A DNA stretch of 64,000 nucleotides. Source: Octopus sinensis (taxonomy: Eukaryota). The position numbers and the translations under genes are program-made. The stretch is taken from contig NC_042997.1 of NCBI RefSeq assembly GCF_006345805.1, positions 144,832,001 to 144,896,000 on the forward strand. The letters run 5' to 3'. The stretch's first letter is position 1. Each line of letters opens with the position of its first letter. The notes beneath the pieces are model-generated. The model saw only the letters and a program-made list of their open reading frames with translations, searched no databases and was not told where the DNA came from. Shown here in pieces: positions 52,184 to 64,000 of this stretch.

Positions 52184-53247
52184 GGAACACGAGAAAAATA
52201 AACAGAGAGAGAATTTAAAAAAAGCACACACACACATACACACACACACACACACACATCTGATGACAGCTACAAAACTGACTTTGAAGTTTCAATTAGC
52301 ACACCACTTCAAAGTTAGTGTTAACCTGTGAGAAAAACACAAACAGTCATTCCAGGCTGAGCTCCGTGGACCAATGACTGCATTTCGTGCTAATTAGCTA
52401 TCATCAGCAGTAGGTACCAAGAAAGACAACTTTGAAGGGACTCTAGAAGTCATAGCTTCGTTATAGAAAAATCAATGTCTAAAGTGAGAATTTTTCCATG
52501 GCATCCACAATGAAAACAGCCTTTCTGCAGTTCAAATATTTTCCAAGACTATTTGAACTGACTTATAAGTTTGTTTAACTCATTGCAGCTTTTGTTCGAA
52601 TTTGGTGGTCTCACATGTAGTGTAGTTAGTAGATATTTTCTACTGACTTTTTATAGGTTTAGCAATATACTTCCTGATATACACAAAGACGGTCCTGGCT
52701 GAAATGCATTTGTCCATAGATCTCTCTCATCAGATTAGAAACGAGGCTAAAACAAAAACAGCTGCAGAAACAACAACGGTAACTGAGTGAGCTATGCCCT
52801 GTATTGTCCAAGGTTAGACTATCTCAGAGCATTTCATGTTGGGTCTGCAAACAAAAAAGAAAACAAAAAAGAAGGAAATGAGAAACACTATAATGTCATT
52901 TACGGTATAGATCATATTAAAGACGTGCGATAATAGTATTAGACTGAAGGTATTTGTCATAATGGAACTAGTGTATAAGATTTGTGGCTTGGACCGCAGA
53001 GATATATTCCAGGAAACTGAAGCAGCCACCTAGGTTAGTGTTAATTCAATTGATTCCCAAAACGTTTGATTTGTTACCTCTGTGCCATAGGTTAGCGACA
53101 GCAACAGTAGCTGTAGTAACAACAACAACGACAACAACTACAACATGATATTTTCAATATGCGGTATTCTTCCAAACACTCTTTTACTTTATCTACGTTT
53201 TTCTTTCAATCATTCCCTTTCCTTCTCTTTTTCCGCTTGCTCTCTTA

Positions 53248-53288
<41 letters not shown>

Positions 53289-53529
53289 ATCCCGGTTCTC
53301 TATCTATCTTTGTCTCTCTTTTTCTTCATGTATATGTATATATGTGTGTGTGTGTGTGTATTACAAAATTTGGAAATATAATACACACACATACATACAT
53401 TATACATATACATATATACATACACATATACACATATGTAAAGCATACATATATTTATACAAATACATACACATATATACACTCACTAAATACATACATA
53501 CATATATATATAGATATATATATATATAC

Positions 53530-53568
<39 letters not shown>

Positions 53569-54315
53569 TATATACACTCACAGATACACACAAACACACA
53601 CATATATATGTGTGTATATATATATGCATACATACGTACATGCATGTATGCATGCATGTATGCCTACATGCATGCATGCACACATACATATATACATACA
53701 TACGCCCGTTTCTGTATCATTTAGCATTCTTATTGTTTTTCTCTCTTCTTTTTCTCGTGTATTTATAGTCCTATCCTCGTATATCATTTTGTCAGTCTCC
53801 CTATTTTTAATAACACCATTTAGACTGCGTAAATATACGACAGCACACTTGTATACACGCACGCACGCGCACACACACACACACACACACTCAACAACAA
53901 CAACAACACATGACAACAACTATATATAAGCATAGCTTAGGTCGTATACTCAAGTCACTCGTACGCACACATACACACATATACAACATATACATATATA
54001 TGCGTTGTAGCATGTACATACATAATATATCTCAGAGCAGAATCTGTTGAATAAATATGACTGGTTGCATTTCATTGGCCAATATATTCAGTGACTAACA
54101 TGTTCAGTGACTAAGAACTAGTTCATTGACTGACCACAACTAAAAATGTCCACAGCCTTCTAAGTGAAACAAATGACTAATCATAGATTATTTTTAATGA
54201 TATTAATTCCATCTGTTCAATGTGATCGGCAATGACTTTACATAATACTGTTTATTCTACCAACAAAAACATCTGATTAGTTTTCATTGAATAACAATAT
54301 TATTAAGGAAGGTAA

Positions 54316-55142
54316 TTATTCTTTTCGATTCTAGGCACATGGCTCGAAATTTTGCGGTAGGGGACAGTCAATTAGATCGACACCGATCAGTTACACACCG
54401 GGGTCGTTACAATCGACTTAATCCCTTTGTTTGTCCTTGTTTGTCTCCTCTATGTTTAGCCCCTTGTGGGCAATAAAGAAATAAGAAACGTTAGCACGCC
54501 GGGCGAAATGCTTTGCGGTATTTTGTCTATCTTTACGTTCTGAGTTCAAATTCCAACGAGGTCGACTCTGCCATTCATGCTTTCGGGGTCAATAGATTAA
54601 GTACCAATTGCGTTGGAATTTGAACTCAGAACGTAAAGATAGACAAAATACCGCAAAGCATTTCGCCCGGCGTGCTAACGTTTCTTATTTCTTTATTGCC
54701 CACAAGGGGCTAAACATAGAGGAGACAAACAAGGACAAACAAAGGGATTAAGTCGATTGTAACGACCCCGGTGTGTAACTGATACTTATTTAATCCACCC
54801 CGAAATGATGAAAGCTAAGTCGACTTCGGCGGAATTTGAACTTAGAACGTAGCGGCAGACGAAATACCTATTTCTTTACAACCCACAAGTGACTAAACAC
54901 AGAGGGGACAAACAAGGACAGACAAACGGATTAAATCGATTACATCGACCCTAGTGCGCAACTGGTACTTATTTAATCGACCCCGAAAGGATGAAAGGCA
55001 AAGTCGACCTCGGCGGAATTTGAACTCAGAACGTAGCGGCAGACTTAATATCTATTTCTTTACTACCCACAAGGGGCCAAAGACAGAGAGGACAAACAAG
55101 GACAGACAAACGGATTAAGATGTTTCTGCCAGCTCGCCGCCT
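54316..55142 (-). mobile_element. SINE group C multi-module array with an internal inverted duplication
   Basis: Modules start at 54687, 54870 and 55054 (period 183-184 bp); inverted segment at 54386-54610. Confidence 0.87.
54386..54783. repeat. Perfect 173-bp inverted repeat with a 52-bp spacer
   Basis: 54386-54558 is the exact reverse complement of 54611-54783, compared base by base. Confidence 0.92.
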
Positions 55143-55608
55143 GAAGGAAAGTAATTAGTATTTACCTAATCGTTAAGGGCTTGTAACTTGGCACATGGAG
55201 AAATATACCCATGTCCGCCAGTATCTGTCACTGAACTGAGGATTTGTATAGCATACTTTGAATCTGATTCGGTTCAAAAAACCTCTAAGGGATTACAAGT
55301 TGGGTGACCTATTTCAGATTTGGACTGAGATATGAACTGGTGGGAAACTGTATCGATCCTTGCCTTTCTTGAACAATTCTACTGGAGTTTGAGAAGGGAG
55401 ACTTACATGCAGGGTCAGCCGTTTGTCTTGCATTATGTGTGCGCGTGTGCACGTATTAATATCACTTTCGTAACCTTTTGCCTAGTTATATATAATCAGC
55501 TAGAACACTTATTTCTGATTAGAATCTGTCTGGAACAAACATAATCGGGATAAACCTTCTCATAAGAAACTCGTCCCTATATATTAATATATATATATAT
55601 ATATATCT

Positions 55609-55640
<32 letters not shown>

Positions 55641-55654
55641 ATAATATAAAGTTA

Positions 55655-55855
55655 ATCCAAAAACAAAGAAAGCCCAAAAAAAACACAACAACGCGAGGAC
55701 GTGGAACAAATATAGTACTATTGGACGCACAGGAAAGAAGGAAAGAAGGAGGGTTTAACGTTTCGAGCGGAGCTCTTCGTCGGAAACAAGGAGAAGGAAA
55801 GATCCAGAGAAGGGAAGACAGGAAAAAAATCGCCAACGGTACACACGCGGTCACT
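55655..55855 (-). mobile_element. Short PLE-like element with a minimal hammerhead
   Basis: Same family as 50400-50600 and 23430-23535. Confidence 0.72.
55753..55787 (-). ncRNA. Minimal type I hammerhead (U4C variant)
   Basis: Minus strand reads GTTT CCGACGA A GAGC TCC GCTC GAAAC GTT AAAC. Stems I and II are perfect 4 bp, and stem III is the palindrome AACGTT. Confidence 0.65.
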
Positions 55856-55891
55856 TTTCATACATATATATATATATATACATTATATAAT

Positions 55892-55952
<61 letters not shown>

Positions 55953-56067
55953 ATATTTCGGAATGGTCATATTGCCAGTTTAGCCAATAAAAAAACACAC
56001 GCACTATATATTGGTGTTATTTTGCTTCAGTGATATTTATTTTTTACATTAATCTTAATCTTATTTC

Positions 56068-56112
56068 GGCCAAAGTTCTTTCGTCACATTCCTGTGACCG
56101 CATCAGTGGTCC
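56068..56112 (-). ncRNA. Hammerhead-like motif with variant core CUGAUGCG (sense copy of the outer PLE)
   Basis: Minus strand reads GGACCA CTGATGCG GTCACA GGAA TGTGAC GAA AG AA CT T TGGCC. Confidence 0.55.
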
Positions 56113-56661
56113 TTTGTTTTCTTCTCACTTACTTGTGTCTCTCCTTACTAACCGTCAGCCATTTTGTATTTCTATTGTATGTCTTCATTTGCGCATGCTT
56201 ATATCTCTATGTGCGTCTATGTTATTTTAGTGTGTGTGTGAGGGGGATGCCTAATATTTGTATCTTCTGGTTATATACATTCTTGTAATTTGTATTTTGT
56301 TTTGTTGTTGTTGCTTTTGTTCTAATTTTGTTCATGTGTTTACATCCACCCATTATTATCATTACATATGCTTGTATGTATGTATAACAACAATATATTA
56401 GTATATATTAGTAATAAAGTAATAATATATAAATCTAATTGAAAAAAAAAAAATATATATATATTATATAATATATATATATATATAGATAAGAAAGTTT
56501 GTTTGGTAAAGCACGTGGGTGAATATATAAGAAAATAGTAAAGTGTGAAAAAACGACAGAAGGCTTAAATGTTAAAAAATATATATTTGTGTCAAAATGT
56601 CTGGAGAATATTGGAAAAATTTTTTTCCTTTCCTTAAAATGACATAATTTTAAAATTTTTA

Positions 56662-56701
56662 AAGAAATTACCGGTTTCGCGTGTAGCTTTTCAAATTTCT
56701 T
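56662..56701 (-). ncRNA. Decayed minimal hammerhead (inverted copy)
   Basis: Identical to 57640-57679 in reverse complement. Confidence 0.45.
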
Positions 56702-56862
56702 GTGACGTTATGTTATATTGCATGGAATTATCGTTGTTTTTATTTCCAGGAGATTTCTAAATAAGGGAGGGTAGTGAGTGATTTTTTCCGGTGTAGGGAG
56801 ATAATCGCTTTTAAAAAATTTTTTTTTTCCCCATTTCCTTGTTAATTTCTCTGTGTCAGTAT

Positions 56863-57480
56863 ATACTACAGAAAATACTACCTTACATATCTACATACAA
56901 CCCCAGAAACAAAGAAGCCTTCACCATCATCACCCAGAATTTACCAATACTTCATAAAAACCCAAAATTAAAGGAAATTTTAAACATACACCAGATCATT
57001 AAAAGCTACAAACAGCCTAAATCACTTAAAAGATTCTCACAAAGGCAAAATTGTCTTCTAAAATTATGGATGCAAAAGTAAAAAAAATGTGGTAGATCGA
57101 ACTGTGCAACATGTCCTAACCTATTGGAAGGATCAGAATTCTTCTTTAAAGAGGGACAGAAATTTAAGATCAAATCTAACTTTACTTGTGCCTCTGAAAC
57201 ATAATTTATGTTATTAAATGCTCGGGCTGCCACCAAGACTACGTGGGTTCCACGGGACTATCACTCAGGCGCAGATGCACACTGCATCGACAACAGATTG
57301 CATTCCCAGAATATAGAATGATACCTTTTAGTGAGCACATTGAGAAATGCGCAAAGCAACTACTGCCACAATTTTTAATCTTCCCATTTTACCAATGTGC
57401 TTTCGGATCATCAACACAAATGAGACTGAACAAGGAAACATTCTTCATGAAAAGTACAAACCAGACTCAACCATCCGAAC
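56863..57480 (+). pseudogene. Penelope-type linker plus GIY-YIG endonuclease relic
   Basis: IIY..YVG motif pair, Cys-rich linker, frameshifts. Confidence 0.82.
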
Positions 57481-57639
57481 ATACTGACACAGAGAAATTA
57501 ACAAGGAAATGGGGAAAAAAAATTTTTTAAGCGATTATCTCCCCTACACCGGAAAAAATCACTCACTACCTCCCCTTATTTAGAAATCTCCTGGAAATAA
57601 AAACAACGATAATTCCATGCAATATAAACATAACGTCAC

Positions 57640-57679
57640 AAGAAATTTGAAAAGCTACACGCGAAACCGGTAATTTCTT
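57640..57679 (+). ncRNA. Decayed minimal hammerhead in the inner PLE 3' region
   Basis: AAGAAAT TTGAAAA GC TACAC GC GAAAC CG GTA ATTTCTT. Stem I is 7 bp and stem III is the palindrome ACCGGT; the core CUGANGA has decayed to UUGAAAA. Confidence 0.45.
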
Positions 57680-57879
57680 TAAAAATTTTAAAATTATGTC
57701 ATTTTAAGGAAAGGAAAAAAATTTTTCCAATTCTCCAGACATTTTGACACAAATATATATATTTTTTAACATTTAAGCCTTCTGTGTTTTTTCACACTTT
57801 ACTATTTTCTTATATATATATATATACATATACATTATATATATATATATATATATTACATATATATATACAATAATTA

Positions 57880-57910
<31 letters not shown>

Positions 57911-58237
57911 TTACACACATACATACACATATACATATATATAGTTATTCATTTCTATTTCTTTAATTATCTGTGTATTTATTATGTTTGCAGGATCCAC
58001 TATCGTCCTATGTTGTGGTGTGCGCTATTGCTCCATTCTAGTTTTCTATTCAGGCTAGGTTTATTTTCTATTATATGTGTAGCTTCTGTAATTTGTCTAA
58101 TTGTTGCATCTGTTCTATGTGTGGACAATATCTTAATCTCTATGTTATTGATTGATCCCCCGTGTTCTTGTTCAGTGTGTTGGTACAGAATCGATGAGCT
58201 TTTACCTTCCTTGAGTTGTCTCCAATGTTCATTCAAA

Positions 58238-58282
58238 GGACCACTGATGCGGTCACAGGAGTGTGACGAAAGAACTTTGGCC
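58238..58282 (+). ncRNA. Hammerhead-like motif with variant core CUGAUGCG (inverted copy)
   Basis: GGACCA CTGATGCG GTCACA GGAG TGTGAC GAA AG AA CT T TGGCC. Confidence 0.55.
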
Positions 58283-58465
58283 GAAATAAGATTAAGATTA
58301 ATGTAAAAAATAAATATCACTGAAGCAAAATAACACCAAATATATAGTGCGTGTGTTTTTATTGGCTAAACTGGCAATATGACCATTCCGAAATATAACA
58401 ATATCTGTTTCAACACACGACTTCACATAAAAAATCTTGCACAACAAATATTTAAACGTATATAT

Positions 58466-58498
<33 letters not shown>

Positions 58499-58499
58499 C

Positions 58500-58535
<36 letters not shown>

Positions 58536-59224
58536 GTGTTGTGTGTGTGTGTAAATTCTATGCTGGAGTAAGAACAGCATGTTCTTTGTCTATCTCCTTA
58601 ATTTCTTGGAGATTTTAGGTTTAATTATACTAACGTGTCCATCTGTTCTAATTTAATTAAATTCTATGTCTTTATGCAGCTGAAGATTGCGCTGCATTTT
58701 AAGTTGATGTAATGATTGCATTACTCAATTAAATGGAGTTGCATGAAACGATCGTACTGCATTACCTCCTTGTTGCTTATTTTGAGTTATATATATATAT
58801 ATGGATAGATTGATAGATGTCTATCTATCTGTCTAAATACCTGTGTCTATATATAAAACACGTGTTTGCACGCACACACATACACACATACGCACACACA
58901 CACAAACATTCACACACTACACACACACACACACACTCTCTCTCACAATAACTGACGCCATCCAATTTTTCACAAATTCGTATATGCACATACGCATATC
59001 CCAATATACAGGCAAATTCACATCCACATTACTACTACTAAGCGCCTACATACTCTGACAGAAGCACCAGCATACTTATTCCACATTTCTTTTTCTGAAT
59101 CTACCTTATACGTTATAATTCCTCCTGGATTATAACTTTTTCATCTCCCTCTTCTCCTAAATAATTTTATAATTCGTTTGTCACCCATCCCCTCACTCTC
59201 AAGGTTTCCTGTTCAATTTCTTTT

Positions 59225-59260
59225 CTTTCAGAAGACAGACTAATGTCCAAAACGTCAAAG
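59225..59260 (+). ncRNA. Minimal hammerhead relic (U4A, G12A)
   Basis: CTTT CAGAAGA CAGAC TAAT GTCC AAAAC GTC AAAG. Perfect 4-bp stem I and a GUC triplet. Confidence 0.45.
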
Positions 59261-60288
59261 ACACTCTACTTTCCTTTCAAGCGGTAAACTAATGACTTAA
59301 TATCGTATTTTATTTTACCTTGTTACCTGAGTTGTTTTTTCATTTTAATGATTTTTGTTTTGAATCGTATGTATGTGAGCGTGTGTAAGTAAATATAAAC
59401 TTATGTATGTAATAATATAAATAATATATAAATATATGCATATATACATACATATAAGTACATATCTATATATATATATATGTATATATACATGTATATA
59501 TGGGTACAGGACATCAAAAATAAACGTCAACAAAATGAGAAACGAGAACATAAGAAACAAAAACATAGAAAACGAACTTTTTTTCGAACAACGAAAAAAA
59601 TAAACAGAGAAACGAGACATGCCACATAAAGAAAATTCCCTTCTTCAGTTGTCCCCTGTTTTATTTACTCCACATATCGAAGGTAAGGACAAGACGCGAC
59701 TTCGTTGAAACAGTCCTTCCCGCAAAGCAAATTAAATAAAATTTGAGATTTTTTGCAGAGGGTGAAAGTGGTAACAAAACCAGGACAGTGAGAACAAAAC
59801 AGTAAAAACAAACGGTAAGGGATGTTAAACCAAGACGATGTGATGTGGTGAACGCTGGAAAAACGAGCTTTGAGAAGAGACAGATGAAAGCACATCTTGT
59901 CTTTAAGAAGGAAGTGAAAGAAAGATGGATAGCCGTTGGCCACGTGTGAGCAACGAGAGAGTCAAGGAGAACGCCTCGCATCCTTTTCCAACTATGTATG
60001 TATGTACGCATGCATATATGTAGGTATGCTTATATCTGTGAATGCATTTATGTATGTAGGTATGTATGCATGCATGTATAAGTGAGTGTGTGCGTGAATG
60101 TGCCCCTTTCCATCAATATGCGCATGCGATTGCATTCATGTATGTATACAATAGCATACACAGACATCAGCGCATTTTCACACGCTTATACGTGGATATG
60201 TTGCGCATATATCTGTTTTATAATCTGTGTATTTCTCAACAATTGTCTATAAACCTGTCAATCTATTTATTTGCTTCTCTACTCTGTA

Positions 60289-60383
<95 letters not shown>

Positions 60384-60462
60384 GCTTGTTTGTATGTCAC
60401 TCTATATACCTGTATGTCAATCTACCTGTATATATAACTACCTATATATAACTACCTATTTA

Positions 60463-60680
60463 CGAGGAGGTGCTGATAAGTTCCTGGCTTTACGGGTATC
60501 ACGAAAGGCCTGGTTGGAGGCCCAACTTTCCGAGTTCTTTTATAGGTGGTAGAAAAACAGAAGGACCGCTGCAATAAGTGTGTGAATCTGAGAAGGAGAA
60601 TATATTGAATAAAGTCACAATTAACTGATCCTACTGTATTTTCTGTTACTCAAAGCCAGGAACTTTTCAGCACCCCCTCG
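60463..60680. mobile_element. 218-bp mariner-type MITE, same family as 30878-31092, opposite orientation
   Basis: TIRs CGAGGAGGTGCTGATAAGTTCCTGGCTTT and AAAGCCAGGAACTTTTCAGCACCCCCTCG; TA TSD. Confidence 0.9.
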
Positions 60681-60858
60681 TATTAGTCTACATATTTATC
60701 GCTGTTCCTTGTCTATTTGTATGGGTCGGCTTTCAAAACCGGAGATTTAAACTTTGGGAGATAAATCTAACACTATAATTAACAAAATCAGAATTTAATT
60801 TCTAAGAATATAAGAATTGAAAAATTAAGAAATTAAAACTTGAAGACATTATAAAAAA

Positions 60859-60910
<52 letters not shown>

Positions 60911-61028
60911 AACAAAGATAATAAAAATTAAATGGGTGTGTGATATGGGTCGATGGAGGGGGAAGGAAAGCTGCATTTATCGACATTTCTATCTATTTGT
61001 CTTTACAGCCGTTTGTATCATACACACG

Positions 61029-61104
<76 letters not shown>

Positions 61105-61630
61105 CTATCTATTTATCTCTATCTATTTATCTCTATCTATTTATCTCTATCTATCTCTATCACTATCTATCTATCTATCTATCTGTATCTATATACTTTT
61201 ATGCCGTGGATTCGAAAATTAGAAAACAAATTTAATGTTTTGGCAATAAATATAACGTTATAATTAACTTTGAAATGTGATAATTAATTTTAAAGAATTG
61301 AAGAATCAAGAAATTAAAAGAAATGCGAAAGCAGTAATAATCATTATTGATGTAATTAACAAAGGGGTTGAAAAAAAAAGAGCTATAAAGATTGCGGCGT
61401 TGTATGATAGGGGTGGATTGATGAACAATGAAAATAGATTTAATAAAATATATAATTAAAAAATATATCATGGTAATAGAAATTACAAATAGATATTAAA
61501 TATACGTAATTTATAATTAATAAAGATAAATCTAATAAAAAGAAATTTATAACAAAGGGAAAATATATGCATATCTCTCCGTTGGCCTATTCATTTATCT
61601 GTGCATACACTTATTTGCCTCTTTGTTTGA

Positions 61631-61683
<53 letters not shown>

Positions 61684-61960
61684 AATTCATGTGTATACGT
61701 ATGTACATACGTATGTACATGTGCATGTATGTGTATGTGTGTAAGTGTAATACGAAATGAAAAGAATGAAAACTAATTATTTTAATAAATATAAACGTTA
61801 TTATGATTGTATCAGGGATGTTTTGAAACAGATTTTGGGAGATAATTTTTGTAAAATATTTAAATTCATTTGTTAAGATATTAAATTTCCCCGCTAGACA
61901 GAGTTTTATCTGCAGGAATCTATGCATTTGTGTAGAGTGTTTCTAATGTTTCCAGCTCTT

Positions 61961-61997
<37 letters not shown>

Positions 61998-62201
61998 TGT
62001 CTTTAAACATAGATTTTTTAAACCTTACCTTTTTGATTATTAGAAAATGCCCGTCTAAAAGTTTTCTAGTATTTTGTTTCCTGTAGGACATTTGTTAGTT
62101 CGAGATCTGTAGTTTTGTGTGCTTGGCGAATCAAATAGTTCTTCAGCGAAGAGAATAAAACCTCTACACAAGACAGACCGATTAGATAGATAGATAAATA
62201 T

Positions 62202-64000
62202 GTTTCCTTATTAGCCACACAGGGCTGCACACAGACGGGACAAATTACAAGGTAGAGCTTTTCTTTTTGGGGTTAAAAAAAGGGGGTTTGGTTTTCGATC
62301 AAAAGGGATTGTAAAAGGAAAGAAAGAGGAAAGCAAAAAAAGGGTGGGGATAAAAATAAAAGGAAAAAGAAAAAAATCGATCAATAGGGATCGTTATCAC
62401 AGAAATGTCAATATAAAGTGTAAAGGGGAGGACAGGTGAGGTTTACTCGTGGAAATAAAAGCCTACGGAAAAAGACCACGGTAACCTCGGTCAATGAAGT
62501 CACATGTTATATTTTTTTTACAAATAAGCAACTCTCTGTATTAATTTTTACGGTTCATAGGATCATAGTCAAGGTGGCTTCGTCATTCATACGTGCCATC
62601 CTTGCTACATTCACATTTTTTTTAAAACATTCCCTAGACAAAACTTCTCTCTCTACTCCCACTTTCCTTTTCAAGTGATACTTGAAGAAGTTGATGAGAG
62701 ATTGACCAGAGAGGAAAGTGTTTGTCTCCAATCCTTTCAGACGCGTCCACCAGATACATTCTTTCGCTATAGCCACAATGATGATGAAAATAGATCTTCC
62801 TTCCCGTTTGAAGGAAGGAGGCGTGACAATATTGACGATAGACCCGGCTGATAAACCGACTCGTCCCACACGTGACAGCAGTCGTTCGACATAGGCCCAC
62901 AGTCGGAAATTGTGGACAGTGCACGATTGCGTGCAGAACGGTTTCGTCGCTCTGACCGCATCTCGGGCAGGTCGGCCCCGTGTTTCTCGAGCCGTGTCTG
63001 TAGAGCTTATCCCGAACGGGTAGCGCTTCTCAGTAGCACTGCCAGGCCAGGGATCTCTGGAAGTTGTCCATGGGCCCTGGCCCGAAAGTCGTCCTGAACA
63101 GGCGGGTCAGGTATTCCTCGTCGACGTCCGGGTTCGCCCCGAACTCGTCGTCGTACCTCCCCTCCATTAATCCCCTATAGAATGCTTGGGTTGTGTTGAA
63201 ATCACTCAAGGTCGACCCGGGACGGCATAGTTGCTTGAGAGCAACGTGACAGTCGCGGTGCCATTCGCCCTTTCTCAGTCTCTTTTTGATCCACGACTGC
63301 AGTTTGGTCATGGAGACGAGTTGCAGGAAAGCGTGCTTCACAAACGGCGACCGTACCTGTTCACCGTCGTCTACGTAGAGCCTGAGATGTCGCAGTCTCA
63401 GCGCAGTCTCCTTTTAACGAGTGTTGACAGCAAATTGATCGCCTGACCATCGGGACGCATCCTTTCCACAAGAAGCGAAAGAGAATGCGTTTTAGTTTGG
63501 TGATGGTAGGCTCGGGACAAAACACGACGGTCAAGCGGTAGTAGATGACGGATGCGATGTACGTGTTCGCCACCGCCGCCCGACCTTTTAGGGACAGTTT
63601 CCTCTCGGCCCATTGCCTGGCGAGAGTGACCACCCTACTCGTTATCTCGTTCCAGTTCTCCATTTGGAGGTCCGGACCAAACCAGACCCCGAGCAACTCG
63701 ATCGGACCGTCCGTCCAGCGTCCCACGACGGAGGCGCTGGTGGACGGCATGGGCTTGCTTCACCAGGTGCCGAGTCGCAAACTCACTGATTTTCCCCGGT
63801 TGATTTTCGCTCTTGTCACCGCTTCGTAGTCTTTCAGTGTCTCGCCGACCTGCTCGATGTGCTCGTGGCTAGACACTATGACGGTGACGTCGTCCGCGTA
63901 TGCAGACACGCTCGTCCAGCATCCCAATTCTCGCGGGATGCCCCGCAGAGTTGCCAGCTCCCGCAATAATGGCTCGAGAGTCAATACGTAGAGAAGCGAC
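62202..64000 (-). mobile_element. Second young L1/Tx1-like LINE copy (continues past the window end)
   Basis: Reverse complement of about 16820-18673: YADD, RWTDGPIELLGVWFGPD, and the same 3' UTR ending AATAAGGAAAC followed by (TATC)n at 62183-62196. Confidence 0.93.

Larger units (their letters stand above)
56487..57817 (+). mobile_element. 5'-truncated Penelope-like element (inner, Neptune-like) with an inverted terminal segment
   Basis: GIY-YIG relic at 56863-57480: LPYISTYNP, CGRSNCATC, and NIIYVIKCSGCHQDYVGST after a frameshift. About 340-bp inverted repeat 56523-56862 / 57481-57817. Confidence 0.85.
55945..58403 (-). mobile_element. 5'-truncated Penelope-like element (outer) with an inverted terminal segment
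   Basis: GIY-YIG C-terminal relic LNEHWRQLKEGKSSSILYQHTEQEHG..IEIKIL..RQITEATHIIENKPSLNRKLEW at 58003-58236 minus. About 170-bp inverted repeat 55945-56116 / 58234-58403. Confidence 0.8.

Noticed and set aside
52814-53029. 71-aa minus-strand ORF after CTAACCTAG
   Set aside because: The apparent start is GTG, the peptide is low-information, and there is no homology.
59610-59655. Minus-strand CTGAAGAAGGG..CATGTC as a hammerhead
   Set aside because: No GAAA box and no stem I pairing.

Overview
Eukaryotic, AT-rich, non-genic (intergenic or intronic) DNA. The repeat landscape points to an octopus genome; this is an inference from extreme microsatellite density plus the tRNA-headed SINE families, and no database was run. 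No host protein-coding exon could be supported, and most ORFs in the track are microsatellite artefacts. Supported content: (i) non-LTR retrotransposon relics: one R4/Dong-like RLE element inside (TAA)n, two young and two old L1/Tx1-like copies (the young ones abut (TATC)n), one RTE-like and one HERO-like element; (ii) nested Penelope-like elements (PLEs) with GIY-YIG relics and inverted ends at 55.6-58.4 kb; (iii) Tc1/mariner, Tigger-like and hAT non-autonomous elements and several fold-back MITEs; (iv) three SINE groups; (v) a decayed tRNA-Phe(GAA). The most striking signal, absent from the ORF track, is a dispersed set of about 11 type I hammerhead ribozyme (HHR)-like motifs from several unrelated sequence families. 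Two have intact catalytic cores and good stems (11986-12050 minus; 42845-42906 minus). The second lies inside a 138-bp unit bounded by perfect 26-bp inverted repeats. Repeat boundaries are approximate unless a TIR or TSD is quoted.
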